Shown here: positions 1 to 8,102 of the stretch, one piece after another
How positions within the stretch are numbered: the stretch's first letter is position 1
How the letters are laid out: every line of letters begins with the position of its first letter
Source: an uncultured Clostridium sp.
Lineage (GTDB): Bacteria; Bacillota; Clostridia; TANB77; CAG-508
Length of the DNA stretch: 64,000 nucleotides
Reading direction: 5' to 3'
Assembly (NCBI GenBank): GCA_958422985.1
Contig: CATZPY010000001.1
Location: 64,780-128,779, forward strand
The notes under the pieces: generated by a model
What the model was told of the DNA's origin: nothing
Databases searched by the model: none
Seen by the model: the letters and a program-made list of their open reading frames with translations, nothing else
Program-made: the position numbers and the translations under genes

Positions 1-586
1 ATATAACAGATCCAGGCAGTACATTATTATAAAAAGCAGTTATATATAATTGTAAAAATATAGTTACAAAGCCTAGTATAACAGTACTTAAAATTGAAAA
101 ATAATCTTTTTTATTTAAATTTGTAAATAATGTTGTATTTATTTTAAAATGTTTAAAAAATACTAACATAATTGTTAAACATGTATATACTACTATAAGA
201 AAAGCTATATGATATAAAGGTAGTGAAATAGCTTCAGCATAAGGCTGATTAGATATTAAAGTATATACTTGTGAAGAAATTACTTCGAATAGTGCGGTTA
301 AAATAAATGGAATACCAATTCCCACAGCTGCTTCTAAAACTTTTACTTTAAAAAATATAAGATACATAAATATCATAATAAGTATATTTAAAATAACATT
401 ATATGGTGATGGAATAAAAAATGCCAAACAAATAAAAATAACAGAAAGAAATGTTATACATAGATATTTTCGTTTTTTAGTTGTTTCTATATTTAAAAGA
501 ACTAAACACATATTAACATATATAATTATCTCTATTAAAGTACAAGGAATACTAATAATGCTAGTTAGTGTTGCATTAGGCTTCAT
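1..586 (-). CDS. Sensor histidine kinase, N-terminal membrane domain only (AgrC/VirS-type partner of the adjacent LytTR regulator); the 3' part lies beyond the window
   Basis: Absent from the ORF track because no stop codon is reached. The ATG at 586-584 overlaps the stop of the regulator gene by 11 nt, and the frame stays open to the window edge. The translation MKPNATLTSIISIPCTLIEIIIYVNMCLVLL...FLSVIFICLAFFIPSPYNVILNILIMIFMYLIFF is a series of hydrophobic helices. Function is inferred from its position after a LytTR regulator. Confidence 0.5.
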   Translation of the reverse strand, partial: MKPNATLTSIISIPCTLIEIIIYVNMCLVLLNIETTKKRKYLCITFLSVIFICLAFFIPSPYNVILNILIMIFMYLIFFKVKVLEAAVGIGIPFILTALFEVISSQVYTLISNQPYAEAISLPLYHIAFLIVVYTCLTIMLVFFKHFKINTTLFTNLNKKDYFSILSTVILGFVTIFLQLYITAFYNNVLPGSVI

Positions 587-1319
587 TAAGATATCGATTA
601 TCTTTTGTATTGTATTCATAGTTATTCATAACCTCCAGTAAATTGTTTTTATATTTAGGCCCAATAGGGCAAACATCATTATTATTAGAAAGATATATGT
701 AATTTTTAATACTGTCTATTATATTAATTGAATCTATATTAACAATATAAGATCTGTGGCATCTTACGAAATTATCAGGTAAAGTTTTTTCTATCTTATT
801 AAACGCAATATATGATGAATAATCTTGAAATGGAGTATGATAAGTTAACTTCATATTATCTTTTTTAATATAAAGTACATCATTTTCTCTAATTAACATC
901 TGGGAATTACCGACTTTAATAAAATTTGATACATTGGATTTTATATCTTCAAACAATCTAGATATAGTTAATTCAAGTCTTTCAGAAACAAAAGGTTTTG
1001 GAATATAATCAAAAGTCTTATACTTATAGGCAACTAGAGCATATTCTAAATGACCTGTTGTAAAAATAATATATATTTTTTTGTTTTTACTTCTAATTTG
1101 CTCAGCAATATCTAATCCAGTTAGTTTATCTTTCAAATTGATATCTAGAAATAATACATCAATAGTATTTTTATTTAAATAATTGAATAAATCATTCGAA
1201 TTATCACAGGTATAGGTAATTTTTGCATTATAATCATGATTTATAAAAATGTTGTTTAACATTTGTGATAATTTGTCTAAAATGTTTTTGTTATCATCGC
1301 ACAAAACAAAATTTAACAT
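576..1319 (-). CDS. LytTR-family two-component response regulator
   Basis: 247 aa. N-terminal receiver domain (FVLCDDN...VLFLDINL...IIFTTGH) and C-terminal LytTR motif (FVRCHRSYIVNIDSI). Confidence 0.85.
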   Translation of the reverse strand: MLNFVLCDDNKNILDKLSQMLNNIFINHDYNAKITYTCDNSNDLFNYLNKNTIDVLFLDINLKDKLTGLDIAEQIRSKNKKIYIIFTTGHLEYALVAYKYKTFDYIPKPFVSERLELTISRLFEDIKSNVSNFIKVGNSQMLIRENDVLYIKKDNMKLTYHTPFQDYSSYIAFNKIEKTLPDNFVRCHRSYIVNIDSINIIDSIKNYIYLSNNNDVCPIGPKYKNNLLEVMNNYEYNTKDNRYLNEA

Positions 1320-1493
1320 ATCTTCACCTCCTAAATAATATATATACTATTATATAGAAAAATATTGAATTACCAATAATAGACAAAAAAATATAAATAA
1401 AGACTATTACCTATATTTTCCAATAATAAATACAATATAATCTAAAAATTTGATAATGTCAATATGAAAAAATAATATTGGAGGGATAAAAGT

Positions 1494-1958
1494 ATGAAAA
1501 TTTTTGACAAAAAATTACTTTTTTCGCTATGTGGAATTATTTTACTTTTTTTACTAATATTTACATTTTATAACAATAATAAGCTTCAATATACTAGTGG
1601 AAGTGCTCTAAGTAATAAAAAGATTGGTTGGGGAATAAAAAGAGAAAAAGAACACAAAAGACCAGATGTGGGAAAAGAAAATGCAGAGCTAATGGAGCAA
1701 TATGATGGTATGTACATTGGAAATGCAGATAAGAAAAATGTATATTTAACATTTGATGAAGGATATGAGGCTGGATATACAGAAAAGATCCTAGATGCTT
1801 TAAAGGAAAACAATGTGAAGGCTACTTTTTTTATAACGGGTCACTATTTAAATACAAATGAGGAATTGGTAAAAAGAATGATTAATGAGGGGCATATAGT
1901 AGGAAATCATACACCTAAATTCTTAATGTCCGGAAATTATAGAAATAAAAAACAATGA
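1494..1958 (+). CDS. pdaA: pdaA 5' segment (delta-lactam-biosynthetic N-acetylmuramic acid deacetylase), interrupted after codon 140
   Basis: Signal anchor, then WGIKREKEHKRPDVG...VYLTFDEGYEAGYT...KATFFITGHYL...EGHIVGNHT, colinear with B. subtilis PdaA. After ACA (1911-1913) the frame runs into 14 unrelated codons (PKFLMSGNYRNKKQ) and a stop. Confidence 0.85.
   Translation: MKIFDKKLLFSLCGIILLFLLIFTFYNNNKLQYTSGSALSNKKIGWGIKREKEHKRPDVGKENAELMEQYDGMYIGNADKKNVYLTFDEGYEAGYTEKILDALKENNVKATFFITGHYLNTNEELVKRMINEGHIVGNHTPKFLMSGNYRNKKQ
1902..1930. repeat. attL: pdaA-side GGAAATCATACA, then the element-side arm CCTAAATTCTTAATGTC
   Basis: The core CATACA (1908-1913) is identical to 15053-15058. The arm 1914-1930 is the reverse complement (16 of 17) of 15032-15048. 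Confidence 0.8.
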
Positions 1959-1992
1959 TTAAAATAAAAGAAAATTTAATCATTGTTTTTTT
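1947..1992. terminator. Perfect 17-bp hairpin just inside the left end of the element (bidirectional terminator-like)
   Basis: AAAAAACAATGATTAAA (1947-1963), an 11-nt loop, then TTTAATCATTGTTTTTT (1975-1991). There are A/T runs on both sides. Confidence 0.55.
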
Positions 1993-2114
1993 GTGAAATA
2001 TAGTAAATACAAATGATTTATGCTATACTAAAAATTAAATAATAAGGCAGATAAAAGTATATTTAAAAAATGGCACAGAAATTGATAAATATTAGAACAG
2101 ATGGAGGCATTGAA

Positions 2115-2414
2115 ATGAAAGTAATTACACTATGTGGAAGCTTGAAATTCAAAAAAGAAATGATGAAAGTTGCAGAAAAAATGGCATTAGAAGGATATTG
2201 TATTCTTACACCAGTTTATCCAGTATTAAAGAATATTGAAAGAACTGAAGAACAATTAATAAAATTGAAGGAAACACATTTTAAAAGAATAGAATTTTCT
2301 GATGCTATATTAGTTGTAAATATAGATAATTATATTGGGGATAGTACAAATTTAGAAATAGAATATGCTAAAAAGTTAGGAAAAGAAATTCTTTATTATA
2401 CAGAGTCGAATTAA
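2115..2414 (+). CDS. Small cytoplasmic protein, possibly nucleoside 2-deoxyribosyltransferase-like fold (tentative)
   Basis: SD GATGGAGG lies upstream of ATG 2115; the tracked ORF start at 2070 has no SD. The pattern MKVITLCGSLKF...ILVVN...YIGDSTNLEIEYAKKLGK resembles the small Rossmann-like family, but this comes from memory only. Confidence 0.3.
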   Translation: MKVITLCGSLKFKKEMMKVAEKMALEGYCILTPVYPVLKNIERTEEQLIKLKETHFKRIEFSDAILVVNIDNYIGDSTNLEIEYAKKLGKEILYYTESN

Positions 2415-2635
2415 AAGAAGATAAATTGATTTGAAGATATTAAAAAATAGGATGTAATTAAAATGTTCACTTTATTTTTTTAATATCTTTTTTATTTTTT
2501 TAGCAACAAATCCCTTTTTTCAGTTAAACTAAAAAGAACGTGCAAAAAGTTCACCGAAATTATTTTTATTTTATGTAGTAACTAAAAAAAGATTATGTTA
2601 TACTTGTAGTAAGATAAAAACAAGGAGAATATTGT

Positions 2636-3259
2636 ATGAAAAAGGAGAAAAAAGATATATACAAGATAATTGCTAATATTATTAGAATTTTAATTGCTAT
2701 AATTACTATTTTTCTAATTTTTAAAAAAGAATATAAAAATATAGGAATTCTAATTTTAACAATGATATTAACTTTTTATGATGTATTTGTCGAAAAAATT
2801 CTAAAAATAAAACTAGAGAATAATTTAAAAATATCAATTATACTTTTTATTTTTGCGGCACAATGTTTAGGAACAGCACTAGGATTTTATGGTAAATTTT
2901 TGTGGTGGGACACAATGTTACATACTTTGTCCGGAGTTATATTTTTCTTTGTAGGAGAAACAGTTATAAGACAGTTAAATAACACATCAGCAGATAACAA
3001 TATTAATAAAAAAACAATTATTGCATTTGGAGTATGTTTTTCACTTGCCACAGGTGTTGTTTGGGAACTATTTGAATTTTTCGTTGACAGTTTTTTAGGT
3101 CAAAATATGCAAGTAGCAAAAGGCTTTGTTGGACAAGATGCAATTAAAGACACAATGGTAGATTTAATTTCTGTAACACTAGGAACAGTAGGCATAGTTA
3201 TAATCCAAAAAATAAAAAAAGTAATAGGGGGAAAAAATGAAAAAACAAAGAACATTTAG
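2636..3259 (+). CDS. Polytopic membrane protein, paralog 1 (WWDTMLHT motif)
   Basis: 207 aa with about 5-6 hydrophobic helices. SD AAGGAG. Shares the LKIKL..L...I.LFIF.A..LG....FYG.F..WDTMLHT..G and VVWE.FEF blocks with the next gene. Confidence 0.6.
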   Translation: MKKEKKDIYKIIANIIRILIAIITIFLIFKKEYKNIGILILTMILTFYDVFVEKILKIKLENNLKISIILFIFAAQCLGTALGFYGKFLWWDTMLHTLSGVIFFFVGETVIRQLNNTSADNNINKKTIIAFGVCFSLATGVVWELFEFFVDSFLGQNMQVAKGFVGQDAIKDTMVDLISVTLGTVGIVIIQKIKKVIGGKNEKTKNI

Positions 3260-4028
3260 GAAAAGAGATTTAACAGTATGTATAGTATTAAGAATATTAG
3301 TAATTATAACAATAGTTACACAAGCTCTTAGAGGAGATTTTGAAAATGTGTTTTTGGGAATGTTAACACTAATTTTATTTACAATTCCTTCAATAATAGA
3401 TAGAAAATTAAACATAAAATTACCAAATGCCTTAGAAACAGTAATATTACTATTTATATTTTCAGCAGAAATTTTAGGGGAGATACAAAATTTTTATGGA
3501 ATATTTAAATTTTGGGATACTATGCTACATACAATAAATGGATTTTTATGTGCAGCTATAGGATTTTCGCTTATAGATATACTAAATAGAAGTCCAAAGT
3601 TTCACTTAAAAATGTCACCAATCTTTGTGGCACTAGTAGCATTTTGTTTTTCTATGACAATAGGTGTAGTATGGGAATTTTTTGAATATGGTTCAGATAA
3701 TTTTACTAGAACAGATATGCAAAAAGATAGAATTACATCATCAATTTCATCTGTATTAATTAATGAAACAGGAAAAAACATTCCAATAAAAATAGATAAT
3801 ATTCAAGAAAGTGTAATAAAGTATGAAAAAAATGGAGAAATGAAAGAATTTGTTATTAGTGGTGGAAATTTAGATATAGGTTTAAAAGATACAATGAAAG
3901 ACTTAATGGTTAATTTTATTGGTGCTATAGTATTTTCTATAATAGGAATGTTATATATAAAAAATAGGGATGAATATAAATTTGCAGAGAATTTTATTCC
4001 TACAATGAAAACAAATGAATCAGAATAA
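3237..4028 (+). CDS. Polytopic membrane protein, paralog 2 (FWDTMLHT motif)
   Basis: 263 aa. Overlaps the previous gene by 23 nt. Has the same conserved blocks plus an extra soluble insert (DMQKDRITSS...GGNLDIG). Confidence 0.6.
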   Translation: MKKQRTFRKRDLTVCIVLRILVIITIVTQALRGDFENVFLGMLTLILFTIPSIIDRKLNIKLPNALETVILLFIFSAEILGEIQNFYGIFKFWDTMLHTINGFLCAAIGFSLIDILNRSPKFHLKMSPIFVALVAFCFSMTIGVVWEFFEYGSDNFTRTDMQKDRITSSISSVLINETGKNIPIKIDNIQESVIKYEKNGEMKEFVISGGNLDIGLKDTMKDLMVNFIGAIVFSIIGMLYIKNRDEYKFAENFIPTMKTNESE

Positions 4029-4078
4029 GTATATATAAGCTATTATATTAAAATATAATAATTAATAAGAAAAATAGA

Positions 4079-4112
4079 ACCGGGATTTTAAGGACCGTCC
4101 TTTAATCCCGAT
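4079..4112. repeat. Family-A palindromic repeat, copy A1
   Basis: AACCGGGATTTTAAGGACCGTCCTTTAATCCCGATT, located after the stop of the membrane-protein gene. Confidence 0.8.
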
Positions 4113-4140
4113 TTAATAAAAAGGATATAGTGAAAAACAA

Positions 4141-6576
4141 ATGAAAGAATTATCTAAAATATTCATAGAAAGACAAGATTGGTTTTGTTATTATGGAATA
4201 AACAATTTGGATTCTTCAATTGGACTATTAGAACATTGTACTGGAAATAAAGGATTACGATATAGAGAAATATTAAAGCTAATGTCTAAAGAAGAAACAG
4301 AAAATTTAAGACAATATTCTATTAAAAACTTAATGCATATAATAAAAGCTATTAAAATTGATGAAGACGATAAAAATAAAATAATGCAGTTAATCTCCGA
4401 GAAAATGGACAAGGGAGAAACTTTTTATACAGAAGAAAATATGGTAGAAGTATTTATGAAAAAATTACCACAATCCAATTTAGAATTTGCGAAGATAAGT
4501 AAAGCATTACAAGAAAAAGTAAAAAAAGATATATTAGAAAGAAGAGATAAAGTAGAAGGAATAAATTACAAAAAAATATTAAATTCTTTTACAAGATATA
4601 CAGATATGTCAAACTTTTTGTACTGTTATGAACAAGGAATATTTACAGATGAAAAAATAGAAACATTAAAAAAGGCATTAAAAGAGAATTCAAAAGCATT
4701 AGTTAATACAAATTTTACAATTTTTAAAGACGAAATATATAAAACATTCGGAGAGGAATTTATATTATATGCACTTAAATTTCCAAATATAAGTACACAA
4801 CTAGATATTTTATCAAAAGAAAATCTAGAATTAATGCAAATAGTTGCAAATAAAGTAAGGCAAAAGCAAGAATTAAGTGAAAGTGTAAATTTAGCAAAAG
4901 GGCTAATAGAATATTTTACTAATAATTGCTATGAAATTAATGTAGATAGAGTAACAGAAGAAATATCTGCAAATTTAATAGATTCAGCACTAAGAAATAA
5001 TAAATCAAAAAGAGATGAAAAAATAATAGCTGTTTCATATTCTGAAAATTATGAAAATGATTTAGAAGAAAAATTTAATGAAAAATATGAAGAAGCTATA
5101 AATTATGATGAAAACAAAAAAAGTTTAAGAATTGGAAATAGAGAAACAAAATTAGATAAGCTTAAGAACTTATATCTTAATAAATATTTTTCCATTTCTA
5201 TAAAAGAAGCAAATTCAATATTAGAAATGTATGCTGGAGATATAGAAAAATTAAATTCCGAAAAAGCGAAAAAATTTATACAAAGTATAACTAAAGTACT
5301 GGAGATTCAAAATATAGAAGCCCTAGATTTTTCTAAATTTCATAATCAAAATATAGAAGAAATAGAAGAAATAAAAAGTGAAATGGAAAGAGAATATGCT
5401 CTAAGTTATACAGAAGAATTAGCCAAAACTAAAAAAGAACTAGACAGTACATTAAAACGAACTGTAATAGAATACAATGGGAAAAATATACTACAAATAG
5501 AACCGGGAGAAGCTTTTAACTTATTATTACATAGTACAGATTCAGGATTTATAAGTGAAGTAAAACGAGCTGAACATGAAAATTTAAAAGAAAAATGGAA
5601 AACAAGTGATAACACATTTAACCATATTATTTCGATGACATATGTAAACCAAGACTTTATGGGAATGACACCAGTAGGTGAAAATGGCATAATGTATGGT
5701 TTTACTTCTGTGGATAGTAAAAATATTAAAATGATGGGAAATACAGATATAAATACCTTTTCTAATGAATTTGGATATAGTGCAGTTCAAAAGAAATATT
5801 TAACAGCTAAATCTATGCCATATAATTCTAGAAGAGTATATAGTGAAATTGCTATAGAAAGAAAAGAAATAAAACCTGATTATGTTATTATTTTTGACGA
5901 TTCAACAGAGAAGAATATGGAAAATGCGTATAAAGCTGCAACAGATTGGAATATTCCAGTAGTACTTTTAAATAAAGAACAAATAAAAGATAATCAGATA
6001 CATAGATTAGAAGAAATTAGAAAAGATTTTGAAGAAACAAAGAATCCAGAAAAGTTACATGAATTACTAAATACATATGAAACTAATATGGCTGGATGGT
6101 TGCTTAACAGAAAGCAGGACGAAAAGGACGAATCTTTTACTCAAATGATTAGCAACGAAAGTTTTAGGGAAGATTTCAAAAACGAATATAATAATATAAT
6201 AAGAACAATTGATAGTTATTTAGAAGAATTTGATATAAATGACGATAGAACAGAAGAACTAGTAAGAGCAATGCAAATTGTACTTGAAGAACAAGATTTA
6301 TACGAAAAATGTGACCAAACGAAACCAATAAGTAAAACACAAAATACAATAAGGACAGTAGAGCTTATAGAAAAGATAAACAGCACAATGGAAAGAGTAG
6401 GAGCAGAAGAATATACTATAGATAAGCAAAACATTCCAACCAAAAAGCAATATGATAATTTAATAAAGATAGCATTAGGTAAAGAAAAAATAGGAATAGA
6501 AGATGTTATGGAAGCAGAAGCACACCTTACAAAAGATAAAAAGAGGGAGGCAAATAGAAATGACCCAAACCGATAA
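4141..6576 (+). CDS. Hypothetical 811-aa soluble protein (element cargo)
   Basis: Long uninterrupted ORF with no hydrophobic segments. I could recognise no motif. Confidence 0.6.
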   Translation: MKELSKIFIERQDWFCYYGINNLDSSIGLLEHCTGNKGLRYREILKLMSKEETENLRQYSIKNLMHIIKAIKIDEDDKNKIMQLISEKMDKGETFYTEENMVEVFMKKLPQSNLEFAKISKALQEKVKKDILERRDKVEGINYKKILNSFTRYTDMSNFLYCYEQGIFTDEKIETLKKALKENSKALVNTNFTIFKDEIYKTFGEEFILYALKFPNISTQLDILSKENLELMQIVANKVRQKQELSESVNLAKGLIEYFTNNCYEINVDRVTEEISANLIDSALRNNKSKRDEKIIAVSYSENYENDLEEKFNEKYEEAINYDENKKSLRIGNRETKLDKLKNLYLNKYFSISIKEANSILEMYAGDIEKLNSEKAKKFIQSITKVLEIQNIEALDFSKFHNQNIEEIEEIKSEMEREYALSYTEELAKTKKELDSTLKRTVIEYNGKNILQIEPGEAFNLLLHSTDSGFISEVKRAEHENLKEKWKTSDNTFNHIISMTYVNQDFMGMTPVGENGIMYGFTSVDSKNIKMMGNTDINTFSNEFGYSAVQKKYLTAKSMPYNSRRVYSEIAIERKEIKPDYVIIFDDSTEKNMENAYKAATDWNIPVVLLNKEQIKDNQIHRLEEIRKDFEETKNPEKLHELLNTYETNMAGWLLNRKQDEKDESFTQMISNESFREDFKNEYNNIIRTIDSYLEEFDINDDRTEELVRAMQIVLEEQDLYEKCDQTKPISKTQNTIRTVELIEKINSTMERVGAEEYTIDKQNIPTKKQYDNLIKIALGKEKIGIEDVMEAEAHLTKDKKREANRNDPNR

Positions 6577-7006
6577 AGCAACATATAAAATGGCATATAC
6601 ACAAGTTTTAGAAATATTAAAAAGATTGCCACAAGAAGAGGTTTTAAAAATTCCTGAAGAAGAAATAAAATTTTTAAAAGAAAATTGCGATAAAAATTAT
6701 AAATATGTTATAAAACCAAATGTGAGTATAGAAGAATGTGAAATATCAAGAAAAGCATATTCTATATTAGTAGTATATTTTAAAAAATATTTTGCAACAG
6801 AAATACAAAAACAAAAACTAGATGTTATTTTAAAAAATAATCAAATTGCCATAGAAAAAGAAAAAAGAGAAAAATATGGAGTAGATAATTTATTTAAGGA
6901 AAAGAAAATAGAACAAAAAGGAAATGAAAAAATAGAAATAGTGCCATATAAAGAAAACATATTTAAAAAAATATTAAATAGAATTAAAAAGATATTTAAA
7001 AGATAA
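6560..7006 (+). CDS. Hypothetical 148-aa protein, translationally coupled to the 811-aa gene
   Basis: SD AGAGGGAGG lies upstream of ATG 6560 (MTQTDKATYKMAY...). It overlaps the upstream stop by 17 nt. The tracked start at 6503 lies inside the upstream gene. Confidence 0.5.
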   Translation: MTQTDKATYKMAYTQVLEILKRLPQEEVLKIPEEEIKFLKENCDKNYKYVIKPNVSIEECEISRKAYSILVVYFKKYFATEIQKQKLDVILKNNQIAIEKEKREKYGVDNLFKEKKIEQKGNEKIEIVPYKENIFKKILNRIKKIFKR

Positions 7007-7072
7007 AAAATGTGTAATAAAATAGTAAAAAAAGTGTAACAAAAAAGACATAATTGTTTTAATATGTATATA

Positions 7073-7102
7073 TTGACAAATAAGTTAATCAAAATATATT
7101 AT
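7073..7102 (+). promoter_or_regulatory. Sigma-A-type promoter for the WXG-like gene
   Basis: Consensus -35 TTGACA (7073-7078), with TATATT/TATTAT 16-18 nt downstream, followed by the strong SD AAGAGGAGGAAG. Confidence 0.5.
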
Positions 7103-7134
7103 ATAACTATAATAAAATAAGAGGAGGAAGAAAA

Positions 7135-7884
7135 ATGGCAGGAACAGATATTAAAGAAATCGACTATGACCAAATAATTGTTAAAGCATCTCAAATTGCA
7201 AATTCAGCAAATGATATGCAAAATGCTATAAAAGGAGCTTTTGCCGAAATACAACAAATGAGTGATGTATGGTTTGGTAATTCATATGACAACTTTATTA
7301 ATGTTGTAAATATGTCAATACCAGGTTTAAATAAAGTATTTACTGTAACAGTAAGTGACATACCACATGAAATTGCAGCAAAGGCTAGATCTTATGCAGC
7401 AGCAAACCAATCTAGTACTTCTAGCAGTTTATCTGACCAAATTGCTATTATATTATCAGATGTACCAAAAACAAATAAAGGAGCTAAACTTAGATTTAGA
7501 TCAGCTAATGTACGTGCATGTCAAAAAACTATAGAATCTAGATTTAAAGAGGCAACATCTGCTTCAGATAGAGCTTCATCTACAGCGTCATCATTAGAGG
7601 CTGATTGGAATAGTATTTCTGGAGATACAAATATAAGAGAATTAAAAGATGCTTTTAAAAGAGTAAATACAATTCTAGAATCACTTAGAGATGCATTAGA
7701 TAATCAAATTACAGCACAAGCTACTACAATTGAAGCATTAGAAGGTGCAGCAGATGCAGTAGAAGCTGCTAAAGACTTTGCAGGAGATGTAGTTGATGGA
7801 GCTAAAGATATGGCAAAATCAGCAATTAATAAAATTCAAGAATCAGCTTCAGATGTTTGGACAAACCTTACAGGTGGAAATTAA
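7135..7884 (+). CDS. Atypical long WXG100-like protein (candidate type VII substrate)
   Basis: 249 aa. The N-terminal roughly 95 aa are helical with W-x-G (DVWFGNSYDNF). This is followed by a Ser-rich linker (SSTSSSLSD) and an Ala/Asp-rich helical C-terminal half. Confidence 0.6.
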   Translation: MAGTDIKEIDYDQIIVKASQIANSANDMQNAIKGAFAEIQQMSDVWFGNSYDNFINVVNMSIPGLNKVFTVTVSDIPHEIAAKARSYAAANQSSTSSSLSDQIAIILSDVPKTNKGAKLRFRSANVRACQKTIESRFKEATSASDRASSTASSLEADWNSISGDTNIRELKDAFKRVNTILESLRDALDNQITAQATTIEALEGAADAVEAAKDFAGDVVDGAKDMAKSAINKIQESASDVWTNLTGGN

Positions 7885-7950
7885 AAATAACATATAAATT
7901 AAATTTAAATAATGAAGTGGAATAAAAAAATATTGTACTTCGTCTTTTAT

Positions 7951-8006
7951 GAAAATAGTAATTCTTTATAATGCTAATTAGACGAATTACTATTTTCATT
8001 TTTTAT
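7951..8006 (+). terminator. Rho-independent terminator of the WXG-like gene
   Basis: GAAAATAGTAATTC (7951-7964) pairs with GAATTACTATTTTC (7984-7997), followed by ATTTTTTAT. Confidence 0.7.
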
Positions 8007-8020
8007 AAGAAAAATAAAAA

Positions 8021-8050
8021 CAGGATTTTAAGGAATGTCCCTAAATCCAG
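8021..8050. repeat. Family-A palindromic repeat, copy A2 (degenerate)
   Basis: CAGGATTTTAAGGAATGTCCCTAAATCCAG. Confidence 0.65.
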
Positions 8051-8102
8051 ATCTTATATGGGGAAATTTTAACAACAGTAAAAGTATAAGGAGAAAAGAT
8101 AA

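Noticed and set aside
1430-1437. The octamer ATACAATA occurs upstream of pdaA and again upstream of the recombinase (13294-13301); it resembles the -10 of mother-cell sigma factors (CATACAnT / CATAnnnTA)
   Set aside because: It is an AT-rich 8-mer in a very AT-rich genome, and there is no matching -35 element at the correct spacing in either case. It cannot be distinguished from chance without transcript mapping.
2463-2560. A direct repeat AAAA-N-GTTCAC (about 2463 and about 2547) in the gap before the first membrane-protein gene, considered as a possible operator pair
   Set aside because: It is only a 6-7-nt core in T-rich spacer DNA, with no regulator gene nearby. The evidence is too weak to call.
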